From positions 20,634,767 through 20,698,766 of the forward strand of contig OZ037766.1 of NCBI GenBank assembly GCA_964035545.1: 64,000 nt of DNA, written 5' to 3'. Of this stretch, positions 28,724 through 41,337 are shown one piece after another. The notes under the pieces are model-generated. The model saw nothing but the letters and a program-made list of their open reading frames with translations. It was not told the origin of the DNA and did not search any database. This DNA comes from Bugula neritina. Taxonomy: Eukaryota > Animalia > Bryozoa. Both the position numbers and the translations under genes were made by a program. Numbering within the stretch: position 1 is the first letter of the stretch; each line of letters opens with the position of its first letter.

Positions 28724-31110
28724 TCAGCGTATGGAAAACTGTTTCATATCAACGCTGTTAAAGTTTTGGGTTATTACTGGGTTGTTAGGGTTCAGTTCAA
28801 CTTGAGTATTAGGAGTGTGTACTCTGATCTGACGTAAATGGGTGTCTTTGCCATTCTGGTGGTTGGATATTATGACAATCTAAATAAAACAGAAGACAAC
28901 ATTGTAAATATACTTCATGTAATTAATATATGGAGAACCTTAGCAGTGAATAAGAATAGAAAAACATTAGAATATGCAAGAGTTTTGAAAATATATAAAT
29001 TATGATTTAGTTTCCCTTCATTCAATATAGAATATTGCACATTTTGCTCTTTTCTATGATAATATTCGTTAGATTATATAACATAATAAAATATTCCCAT
29101 TATCGACTTCAGTTCTAAAAGGTTGATTCTATTTATGTTCACAGCTAAATAGACTTTGAGTAGATCCTATTGTAAAAATTTATTTGTCTAGGCAACACAA
29201 GAACTAAATTCAAATTTAGTAACAAAAATCAAACCATAGATTGGAAAATAGATATTTTTCAGTTGAAAAAATGACTTGGCATCTGTAAATAGATTTCTGC
29301 AAACAAATATTTATTTCTTTACGAAAACAACCTGATTTAACAAAGAGTGTAGACAATAAGATTATTTTTTATCAAATGCGTTAAACTAAAAGAAATCTTT
29401 TTCTGTGACGCAGTAGTAATTATGATTGGATGCTCTCTCGACAACACTAATGACCCTGTTGAGACTCAGATCCATGACCAGATGTTGCTTCATAGTACAC
29501 AGTCTTTTATAAAAGTCTATGTAGAGCTGCATATAAGTAACCCCAGATCTATATAATGGAATATCTATGACATGATCATGCTATCCCTGTATTATTTAGT
29601 GTTGTTATTGTTTTTGTATTAGACATTCAATAGTATCGAAGAGCAAACGCTACAAGGATAGAAACATACTTATACAGACTGGTACAAAAAATCATACTGA
29701 TTTAACAATGTGCTAGAGATATTGCTAACTTGTGTTTCATTTGTATAATTATGGTCTTACCTGCACGCTTGAAATAGAAATTCACGATTTATTTGTTAAT
29801 ACTCATAAAAACCTATTTATTTTACTTAATGCAGCATGATGCCTAGACATAGAGATAAAATGGATTGTCTCTTGCATTAGAAGGCATGTGTTTGTTTTTC
29901 TTATAATTTTTGCAGAGCATTGCCCAATCCACTTATAGGTCATTGCAGTAATTCTAAAGTTTATAAAACAAGAATTGTCGTTCTGTAACTGTGTAGAGTA
30001 TGTAAAACACGGATCAGATAACTACATACATAATTCAAAATATACCATAGTGCATCAAAACATAACTTAGATAGCATATAGTTAACATATAATATCAGTG
30101 AAAGTTAACATTTTTAAGCTCTATAGAGTATAGACTTAGTTCATGACATTGTACCATTTTAGTTATTACACATAAAAATGTTTTCATGGTGAGTAACTTT
30201 AACCAACCTGTAACATGAAGGTTTTCACCATCTTATCATGCCTGTCTCTTAATGGAATGTACAACCAACCATTGGGTTCCGCCAATTCTACCAACTCGAC
30301 TTCAAGTAGATCATGAAAGTGAGACCCCGCTCTGATAGACATTCTGCAAACATGGAGAAAGTACAGCAAATTTTACCAGTAGGCTATAACAAAAATTACT
30401 AAAATTCATATAAATATACAGGGTTGTCTGGACTACAAAAATACATTAAATTATTTAATACCAAACAGTAATAATTGCAATTAATTTTGCTAGTGATATT
30501 TAGAAATTTAATAAATTTCAGCCTAGAACTAATCAAATAGTGAATAAGTAGTTATTTGAGTTTGAAGAGTTGATATTCAAGACAACTTACTTGTTTGGTG
30601 TGTAACTTTCATCATTCTTAAAATCCATATAAATACAAACATCTGAGATATACATTTTACGCTTGAATTGGATGTTAATATAATGAGGGGTTGCATCATC
30701 TGATTGCCAAAATGATGAAGTGTTGGAATCTAAGAGATTCTCAATTCCAAAGCCTGTAAGTCAAGTTCAAATAGTTCATCAAACAATGTAAGCTTTTCTA
30801 GATAAATAACTTTTAAGCAGTAGCATAAACTATGTAAAACTAGGCAGCTAATATTTTTTGAAAATCTGATCTCAAAGCAACCCTAATTCATACAATGTGT
30901 GTGTTAACATAAAAGCTACATCTAATATTTTAAAACAGAGCAAAACCAAATTAATAAATCGAAAGGACAAGATAATCTCAAATAAAGTATGCTACCTATT
31001 TTACATGAAGACAATGACCACACAGCTTGGCTCCCAATCTCTCTTAACTGCTTCTCTTTTTCAAATTTGTCGACATCAAACGTTTGACATCCACAAAATT
31101 TAGTAGCCAT
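28724..31110 (-). CDS. ANAPC10: Anaphase-promoting complex subunit 10 (APC10/Doc1), 189 aa
   Basis: Exons 30996-31110, 30591-30753, 30208-30343 and 28724-28879. Motifs LREIGSQAVWSLSSCK, FWQSD, PHYINIQF, DESYTP, EPNGW, NHQNGKDTHLRQI and the C-terminal IR tail (...FSIR*). An acceptor 2 nt before the ATG implies an upstream non-coding exon. Confidence 0.96.
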
Positions 31111-34100
31111 TTCTGCAAAAATTCAAATGCAAGTTTAAAATAATAGTTTTTCAGTTGGTAAACGATTTTAAAACTTAACCCTTTTAAAAAGCATTAAATG
31201 TTAAAATCTGATAAATTTTAGGTGAACCTTTATATTAAAAAACGAAAGTTTACCAAAATCAGAGCAAAAGGTCTGGTAGGAGCTCAAAAATAAAACAACC
31301 ATAAAGTGCATTAATATTCACCAGAATATCATACATTACAACACTTGGAAATCTCAACTTCAAATATCGATTGCACATATACTGCTTGTTTTTAAAAACC
31401 CCTTATTTTATAATATAATATGAATTATAGTTCTCCTTTGAACTAAAAACTCAGATTAATTAGAAAAATAGGTTTATATCAAAATTGAACCTTTACACAC
31501 ATAGATTACATATTTGCATAAACATTAATGCTTGTGTATTCTATGATTTCTCGACACCGAACATAGCTGTGCTTATGGTTAGTGCATACTTGGTTATCAC
31601 ACTGGACGGAATCTTAAAAATAACCTACGAGTTATAAGAGTGGAAAAAATAAAATGCATAATATCTAAGCATACTATAAAATAAACTTGCAACAAAAACT
31701 CTAACAAATATTCATCGTTGCCATGGTAAAGGAAACTCCTATTTTTAGTCACAATATTTTCAAAAGGGTACTTTAGCATTTTGTCTTAATATATAACAGG
31801 GTTGTTTTATAAGTTATAACATTTATGTAGCATCAAAATCTGTGAAAAGATCTTAGCGAAAAAAATCTACTTTTAGAGTTATATGCCAAAACAGGGTTTA
31901 TTTAATAATAAATTTAATACACACTTAAGTTCAATTAAGTCACAAGCTTAGACTATTGCATGACAGCACTGGAATCTGGCTTAGTGACCTTAGAAATTAA
32001 AATACTTATTACAGCTGAGTTTTATTACACATTATTAGCAGCTGCTGCAATGCACAAAGTAATCACTGGACAGTATTTAGGTATGATACCTAGGCTACAC
32101 GTAGGCAAAGCAGTTCAACAAAATAATAAGTCTGTTACAAATATTATTGAGAGTTAATAAATATTGAGAGTAAAATTTACAGCCTATTGAAATATTGGAA
32201 ATCAGAAAATTAAAACAGAGGATTGGTTATGAATGATAAAATCAGTGATAATCTAGAGCAACAATATTTTGATAAAAAAAGTCTAAATAAGTGGTGAAAT
32301 ATTTACCCAACATAATATTTACAACTTATTTTCTGTGTAAATTTATCGCAAATTAATTAATTAACAACATAACAATAAATTTATTAGTGCCTCTTTAAAT
32401 CTAAAGCATACTGAGCCTAAGAAATAATACTAAAGCCTAAATTGAAAAACTGAGAGATAGATTATAACTTCAAATATAACTAAAACTATAATTATAACTA
32501 TTACATTAGGGTCATTGCACGTCCACTCAATGACCCAAAAAATTTTCGAGACTCAAATAAAGCATCTCAAAACATGTCAAATGAATAAACCTACTATATA
32601 AGCACTTAATTCCTAATACTTCCATAATTATGGCACTTTTTGGGAGTAAAGGTTGGTCAAAAATTGGTACATCTTTCATGGATTTTGTTACTAAAGGTTG
32701 ACTTCATGGATTCGTATCTCCGAGATGGTCTAAGGCAAACGTTTCATATTATCATGGGTGATAGTTCTACATGACCTTAATCAATTATTGGACCAACAAT
32801 TTTGTCAAGTGTTAAGGAAAAGTTTCTGCAACATTATGCCTTTAGGCCAAAAATCCGTTAATTTTTCAGAATCGTCAATTTTCCGGCATTTAAAATGCAT
32901 TTATTTTAAACAGCTACGATCCTGATAGTATCAGCACTTAACAACCATATCATATATATTACATTGCAATCATTTCAGCTTTTTACTGGCATAAGTATCA
33001 TCACAATTGCATTTTGAAATTTTAAAAATGTGAAATTATGCACTATTTCATGGGGATAAAACTCGATGTGGGTATGAATAAAACTGTTCAAGTGGTTACA
33101 TTTTAAATATATTGGTATATATTATAGTATATTAAAAATTGAATGTTTGTATATTGTTCCTTCATGTAAAAATATTGGATTAAATTGATGACACTTTGTA
33201 ATTTTCGCTTATATTTAAAACTACATTTTATATAGTTACTAAAACATGAATGAAATTATAAACAATATGCCAAAATTCTGCACATACTATCTGCAATAAT
33301 TTCCATAACATTCACATTTATTTTGAATATATTTAAACATTGCACTTCATATAATTGATTAAACTAGCTGTATTTTAGGTAAAACCAGTGAACGGTTACA
33401 ATTAAAAAATACTATAGATTTGGATCTAGTAAAAAAAAGAAAAGTTATATTGTAACCTTCACTTGTGACTTTATTTGTATAAATATGCATGCTTGCTCAT
33501 CTCCTCACTTGTTGTTGCCTAATAGAAAATATGCTGATCTTCATAGCAGTGCTGTTGAATACATTTTTTAAAAAGTATTTTTACATTGGGTTGAAAATCT
33601 TTGAAAAGTAAATAGTAGAAGTATTTTACTCCATGTGACCATAATGCAAGACAAAGCCACCACATTGCTGTCAGGCAGCAACTGACATTCTTTTGCCAGG
33701 GTTTGAGTGCTGGCACTAGTTTATGAGCTGCCTAATTCTGATATTTACCCTCAACCTATTCTGTAGCTCCATATACTGGTGTATTTTACAGTACAAAATT
33801 TGAGAGGATTAAAGTATACAGAGCTGCATATGTGTACAGTAAATCGAAAGTGTAATTAGAGGAAATTGTTGTGAGCATTTGTAATGGGCTTATCATTATA
33901 TTCGCTTTGCCTCAATGTTACCCTGTCTAAGATCTGAGAACAATGGAGTCTAAACATTTAGAGTTGCCATTTCTTAAGCGTACCATAATTCATTCCAATT
34001 GCCTTGGGCTTAGAATGGAGGTTTGAATATATATCAAAAATGTAGCACTGTGTATATTGCAAATGCATAAATTTATGTTCATAATCACACTGATAATAAT

Positions 34101-35639
34101 GGTGATGGAAGATACTAGAAATGATGTGAAACTTGAGCTAAATTAAAATATGAATTCCAAGACAAATCTCATCACAACACAACTGGGAGGGTGACTAGCC
34201 AATATTCCGAAGGCCCATCAGTCTGAAGGTTCATTGGTCAGAATGGAGTTGCTTAATAAAATAAAACTGCTATTTTTATTGTGTGGGCCTATATGGATTG
34301 CATTGCAAATTTAGTCAAAAAAGTAATATCAAGTTTTTACTTGAATAGTTTGTTTTTCTAGTATTCATTTCTATTTGCAAGCTTTTAATTTTTTGTATCA
34401 AGTTGTCCAAAAAGTAAATAACTGGGCATTATTCTTCTGCATTAATGCTAAATTGCAGTAAGTCTAATATTTATGCACACCATTATGTTGGGAAAAAATA
34501 TTTATAGTAGTTCATTTATAAAAAGCTGTGCAATACTCCTGATGATTTTAAAAGCTATTCTATTTCTACAACTTATTATTGTAATATATGGTATAATTTG
34601 AATAACAATTTGTTTTAGTTATGTAAAAAAACATCCTTTAATTTACTGAAATACAGATATCAGTTTTAGTTATTCTTATTCGGCCAATCAAAAAGAAATT
34701 TTTCTAAACTAAAAACAATGACCTGGTCATCCAGATGTAAACAACTTGAACTACAACAATGCACTCCAGAATTTTATGCAACGACTGTGTATATCTTTGA
34801 ATAATTAATCATATCTTCAACTAAAGATGTGTATAAATATATATTTTAGATTAAAAATGCCTTGCTGTGTGTGTGCATGTGTACTAAGCAAATATTTTCG
34901 AACCATCCCGGCTGAGAGTGGGTGTCTTAGGAAAGGCCATGTCTAAAGTCATACCCCATGTTGCTTATAGATCTACTGTTTTATTTAGATGGTGCAATAC
35001 AATATGAATATGTTTTATTAGGTCTAGTACTAGTATTACTAATATTATGATTATCACTTCATTATTTATGATCATCAACTTCAACATCATAACAATGAGT
35101 ATAACTATCAGTATTAGTATGACTGTGACTATGAGCATGAGTGATAAATATAATCATAATGACTATCATTATGATTATGATAATGACAATCATAATATTA
35201 TATTAATATTAGTAATTATGATTTGATTACGAGAATTTAAATGATCCACTTAGTTAGCCCCAGTATAGCTATTGCTAATACTAATAGTAGTAGCAGTAGT
35301 ATTAGTAGTACTACTACTAGTAGTACCAGCGAGTCAAAGTAGTATAACTGTATAAGTATTGAATTTGAAATTGAATACTCATACTGATACTCACATACTC
35401 ATACTGTATTAAGTTTAACTAGTAGTAGTAGTAGTATTACATTTACTATTAGTATTAGTAATATTATTACTATTAGTATTAGTATTACCAGTATTACTAT
35501 TACATTTATTTTTACAGTATTACTAATTTTAATTACTATTACTGTAAAGTGTATTAGTATTACTATTACTCTATTAGTATTACTATTACTATTAGTATTA
35601 AAGTGTTAAGCTTCGCATAGATAATCATAATAAACTTCA

Positions 35640-36100
35640 AACCATCAGATATATACCTTTGTAAACTTACACCTACTGTAAAACAGTAGATTGTGCATTG
35701 TAATTATGATTATAATATTATTATAGATATTATGATAATGATGATTATGATCAATATCAATATGATAATGCAGACTGGTGTGAACGTGCATCTTGAACTG
35801 TTCTATAAGCAGCTCCGAGTTAGGGGTGGCTGACTACAACGGTTTGGGGTTCCTAACTTTAATTTTAAGAATTTCAAACTACTGCAGTAGTTCACTCCAA
35901 ACTCGGAGCTGCTTGTAGAAAAATTCATCTAGCTTTCAAAATGTAAGGCGTGTTATAAAATTCTCAGGGTTGCCTTTTCCTGCGCATAAGCTAGCTCGGC
36001 TGCATTCGACCATAACGATAACATGATCGTACAGTGTAATTGTCGCTGTTGGTGTTCGTTGTAGCAGCTGCGGTTGCAGTAGACCTCCTAACTTTCCTTA
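35640..36100. promoter_or_regulatory. Candidate bidirectional promoter for ANAPC10 (-) and MARCH (+)
   Basis: Both genes have acceptors just before their ATG. This is a CpG-containing, non-repeat patch between them, with a minus-strand donor (GGT|gtaagt at ~35670) and an inverted repeat at 35801-35920. Inference only. Confidence 0.35.
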
Positions 36101-36632
36101 TTTAGCAAATGCAATCATCACAATCACAATGATAATGTAATTTAGTACGTGTATCTCATTTTTAATGTAGCTTATCACTTAGAGCACTATATTCGCGGTA
36201 TTTGAAATTGGATGTATTATAAAGGTTGGTATTCACTGAAACTGAAAGTGAATCTAATGCTAGTTTCATTTTGATTTTCTGGATTTACTTTTAGTTTTAG
36301 TAACGCTAACTGTAACACTAACTGTTACTGTAAGTGTAACTCACTAACTCAAACTGTAACTGCTAGTGTGACTCTGTGAGTTTCACTGTTAGTGTAAGAA
36401 GACGTAGTGTAACTGTAAAGTGTAAGGGTAGCTGTAACTGTAAGTCATAAGTGAAACACTAACCCAAACTGAAACTGCCAGTTACTGAGTTAGTGTTACT
36501 TTGAGTTTAAGCTTAAGAATTAGATTTAGAATAAAATTTATTTATTTTTATATAAGTATTAGTATTACTACTACTAAGTACTAATAGTATTGCTACTACT
36601 ATTCTGAGTATTAGTATTACTATTAGTATTAG

Positions 36633-38553
36633 CAGGGTTGGGGTAATTGTAATTGGTTGTAATTAATTACAATTTTTCAAGTAATTGAATGTAATTTGTA
36701 ATTGATGTATAAAAATGTAATTGTAATCGTAATTAATTACATTGCTAATGTAATTGATTTTTATAATTACTTGTCAATTACTTCAAACTTTAAAATCTTA
36801 AAAATTTCCTACTTTTTCTACCATGCCTACTTTTGAATAACAAGTTCAGATTAGGTCTAAGTCAGTGGTTCCCAAACTGGGGGGAATTCTCCCTGGGGGG
36901 GGGGGAATTTGGACATTTCAGGGGGGGGATTTGGATTTTGAAAAATTCACGCACTTTGTTGAAGGCTTTTTGAGCTCTTGCACATTACAAAAGTATATAT
37001 GCATATCTATAAATCTTCATCTTAGTTCATCTATTTAACCAAATCATATTCTGCAATCTCAGTTTACTTCTACATGAATGTGTCTATTAATTACTCTACC
37101 CTAACTGTTTTCTGCGCTATTTCCAATGGAGGTCAAAAAATTGCAAAAACCAACAGGCCAACTTTTAGCAGCCATGCAAGTTAATTTCTATAAATTGTAT
37201 ACTACATACCTTGTGCATATAATATTTTCTACACTAAACAATCTGAACTTAAAAATGCAGGAAACCTGTTCCGATTTTAGGCAAAAATGGCACAGGTAAA
37301 GTTGAAAATGTGCTATTTTTATCTAATTTTCCATTTGTGCCAATAATGCTACTTTTACCTCTGCCATTTTTACCAGACACTACCTGTTCTCCCTGTTCTC
37401 ATCTCTAAACTGTTATTGAAGTTTTAACAGTATTTCTCTAAGCTACCTCCCAAAAAGAAAGAGCTAGATTCTTAACTTGAAATGTGACCCATTGCAATGC
37501 TTTGTTGCTTCATTGAGTTGGTTCACAATTCAGCAATGAAGGATGATTTGAAATCTTTTCCAATTGATGGATTGTGGGTGGTGTCCACTAGAAATGGTAC
37601 AGGTAGTAATGGCACAAATGGAAAAGTAGGTAAAAATGGCACATGTTTTCAATGTTGGGGTGGAGGTTTGGAGTTTGAAAAAAGGGTTTGAGGTGAAGAT
37701 TTTAGGTTTGTGCTTGAGGTTCTGGAGTTTGGGGGGTGGGGGTTTGAGTTACAGAGTTGGGAGGTTGGGTTCAAGGGTTGGGGGTTTGAGTTTGGAAAGA
37801 ATTTAACATCAGTGTGCCATTTTTACATGCGCCATTTTTACCTAAAGTATTTCTGGATTTCAACAAGCAAACTCTTTCTACACATAGTTGGCAAAGCAGA
37901 GTTTTGGTGCCATCCAGCACCAAAACTCTGCCTATCTGTGTGAAGTAGGATTCTCATCAATTCAAAGAGAAAAGAAACTGCTTTAACCCGCAGAGTGACT
38001 TAAGATGGGCCTGGTCATAAACAAAGTCAGACTTAACCAAGCTGGCACAAAAGCATCAACTGAAGCCATAACATTAATAATTAGACTGCTCTGTGTTTTA
38101 TAACATAAAAATAATGATAATATTACTATTATGATAATTATATTATATGCAAATATAATAGAACAAAATATATTGCATTGTATCATATATTCTCATTCAG
38201 TGAGTCATAAAATCTTTTCGATCTTTGAATGAGGGGGGAATTAATAGTCAACATTTATGAAAGGGGGAATAGTCTGAAAAAGGTTGGGAATCACTGGTCT
38301 AGGTAGTATAGTATCACTGCTGAGAACAAAGGAGGTTCACCCCTGTCAAAATTGCCCCTGGTATTTGGACACTATAAGTGAGCTTGCATAACTTCTATTT
38401 ATTGCTTGCAAGAACAAAAGTAATTGTAATTAATTACATTGCCTTGTAATTGTAATTAATTACATTACTTTTTATCTGTAATTGTAATTGGCAAATTTTG
38501 ATGTAATTGTAATTGTAATTAATTACATTCACATGTAATTGACCCCAACCCTG
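36633..38553 (+). mobile_element. Non-autonomous hAT-like MITE interrupted by a second element
   Basis: Perfect 11-bp TIR cagggttgggg...ccccaaccctg. The 8-bp flanks agtattag / actattag match at 7/8. Confidence 0.85.
36863..38296. mobile_element. Nested non-autonomous hAT (Charlie-like termini) element
   Basis: TIRs cagtggttcccaa / ttgggaatcactg. The 8-bp TSD gtctaagt / gtctaggt matches at 7/8. No transposase ORF. Confidence 0.85.
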
Positions 38554-38805
38554 ACTATTAGTAAATTGAGTATATTTCAAGTTCAGCAATGATTAATCTG
38601 CAATATCACTATCACATTACTATAACTACCACTCTCAGATTATCATTGTCATTATGATTCTTGTTATGATTATCAGTATCACCATGATTTGTGGCCCATG
38701 GGTATCATGATGACCACCATTGTCATTATGATTGTTACTTTCACTTTGTCATTACTCACTACAAATATCTCGGTGATCATGATACTCAATAATTATAAAT
38801 GACCA

Positions 38806-39640
38806 TGGTCACCTTTCACCACCGGCGGGTTTCTGTTTGATTCCAAGTTCTACCAAACTTCTCCATGGCACTCGATCTTCGGCATCTGAACTATTTACGT
38901 TTAGATCAAGTCAACTAAGGTCTGAGTTTATCGTATCACACCATCTTTGTTTTGGTATACCCCTAGGTCGCACTTTTCCAACTGTCATCTCCGACACTCT
39001 TGAGATGTCCTTCTCACTTTCTCTTCGTCTAACATGCCCATGCTACTGAATTCTTTTTCTCCTTATCAGATCTTTAATCGGCATCACTCTGGCCTCTGCC
39101 GTTATATCTTCGTTTGTCCTGTGGTCCTCTAGACTTATATTCAAGCAATATCGCAACATGCGCACCTCACAGGATGACATCTTATCAGCCAGAGAAACTG
39201 TGATTAACCATATCTCATTTTTATATAGCAGAACTGGCCTGATAGCTGTTTTATAAATCAGCATTTTCAGCTTAGTAGTCATTTTCCTGTCACAAAGCAC
39301 ACCACTCAGCTCTCTTCACTTATTCCAAACCTTAGATATTCTCAGCTCAATCTCCTTGCGGCAACCTCCATCTTGGTGGATTGTTGTACCCAAGTACTTG
39401 AACTGGGAACATTTGGGCAGGCTTTCCGCATCTTGATTACCATACTTCTTCATCCTGGTGTTTTCTTGGTCTCCAACTGCTGGCAAATGCTCTGTTTTCT
39501 TTCGGCTTATCTTCAATCCAGCAGCCTCTATCTTCTCTCTCCAGATCTCTAACCTTCTCTCTGGTTTCTCCCGATCACTATTGCAAAGGACCAGATCATC
39601 AGCAAATTGCCCATGAGCTGTCTCCGTTGATGTCTATAAT
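38806..39640 (-). mobile_element. 5'-truncated RTE-clade LINE fragment (RT C-terminal region), with in-frame stops
   Basis: Minus-strand translation reads GLKISRKKTEHL, FKYLGTTIHQDG, LCDRKMTTKLKMLIYKTAIRPVLLY, HGHVRRR, RPRGIPKQRW. These are typical of the RTE RT tail. Confidence 0.85.
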
Positions 39641-41337
39641 GTCTGTAATTATAAATCATAATAATTAATATAAACCAATTATTATTAATAATATAAATGC
39701 ATAACTATACTAATACAGTATAAATATTAATATATGAATATCACTGTGACTATCAGACTAAATCTCAGTCTAGCAATTGAGATTTACAGTTATAGTAACC
39801 CTGAGAGTAAATCAGTAAAACTAAATGTTGCTATACTTATAACTTATACTTATTACTTTTAGTACTTACTCAACTGCATACTCATACTGATACTGTCACA
39901 TGAACATAAACTGTAACTGTTAGACTTGGTATCAAATATTAATGTGATAACGGTAATCGAAATGGTAATGTTGATAATAATATAATAATAATTGTTATAG
40001 TTAATGTTATTAATATTAGTATAAAAGTCTATAATTATTTAATTGTTACTTTATGAACATTATATTGAAATCCATTAAGTTTAACTTTAGGATTTAATAG
40101 TAATACCAATACTAATAATAGTGGTAATACTATTAGTATTATAATATTTACTGTGGTTCTAATACTATTAGAGTGATACTAATAGTAGTACACACTTATA
40201 AAAGTAAAACTAATAGCTTAATAGTAAAACACAGAGGAAGAACCTGAAGTTGAAAGCCTAGAGCTATTCAGACTTACCAGAGCTCCTGTGTTAAAGCTTC
40301 AAGTTCAATTTCTTAAGCATGGTGATAGCTCACTTATAGTTATACTCATAGTGTAAAATTTAGACTTACACTAAGTGATCATTCTGTCTATAGTCTATGC
40401 CTATGCTATGGTTTTGCTCACGTTGGATTTGATAAGCTCATAAAAGATTTCATACTTGTACAAATGCATCCTTTCAACATACATAGTGTCGCAAGCAAAA
40501 TAAGTTTAATTACTTCAATTAATCACGTTTATGCAGCTTTCTATTTTGATGTTATTGTTTGCTTATCCAAGCAATTCAAATCCTAATGTTAGCAAATTTT
40601 CAATGTACAAATGTTTGTGTTATGAGTTACAATGACACACTGGCAATAAATTTGCACTGTTCATCGCCAAATGTAAATTGCTTTTACTGGTATAGTGTAA
40701 GTCTATCACAAGTACCGAATTAAAATAAAGCATAAATGACTCATTTTAATCAATAAAATTGTTATTACTTGATAATAAGCTGAAAGACCATCTAAATTTT
40801 GAAAAATTGGCTGATTAGTGTATCACTGCCATTTGCTTTTATCTCCTAAAACTCAATTAGGGTTCATAAGTATCTCAACCAGTCTCCTTAGAGCAGATTT
40901 ACTTACAGGAAGAAATGTAGAATTTAGCTTAGCTTGGACTAATAATTTCTGGTTTAAAGCATTGTTTTTTCTGTAAGCAGATACTTTCTCAAGCTAGTAA
41001 TGTCTGCTGAATGGGGACTACAAACCATTCTCATAGTGACAAAACTTGTTCAGAAATAGTTATGATGATTCTGAAACAAAATATATAAATTGATAGATTT
41101 TTATATCTTAAGCTAGGAGTTTATATTACTTTAGATGCTCTTCTAAATATCTGGCTATGTTGTTAGGTTCTGAACTTCATACAATATAATATTTTTGAAG
41201 ATGAAGGTAGTTCTGCTAGACTTCTAGCCTTAGATTTTTATAAATTACCCTAGTATTGATTACTGAAAGCTTGTTTGTGTATTTTTATGGTTTCCTATTT
41301 TTATTCCAGCTGGATTAAACCATCAGAGTGTTCTACT

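Noticed and set aside
32507-34930. Possible large DNA-transposon relic in the ANAPC10 5' intron
   Set aside because: I could not identify matching termini or transposase motifs.
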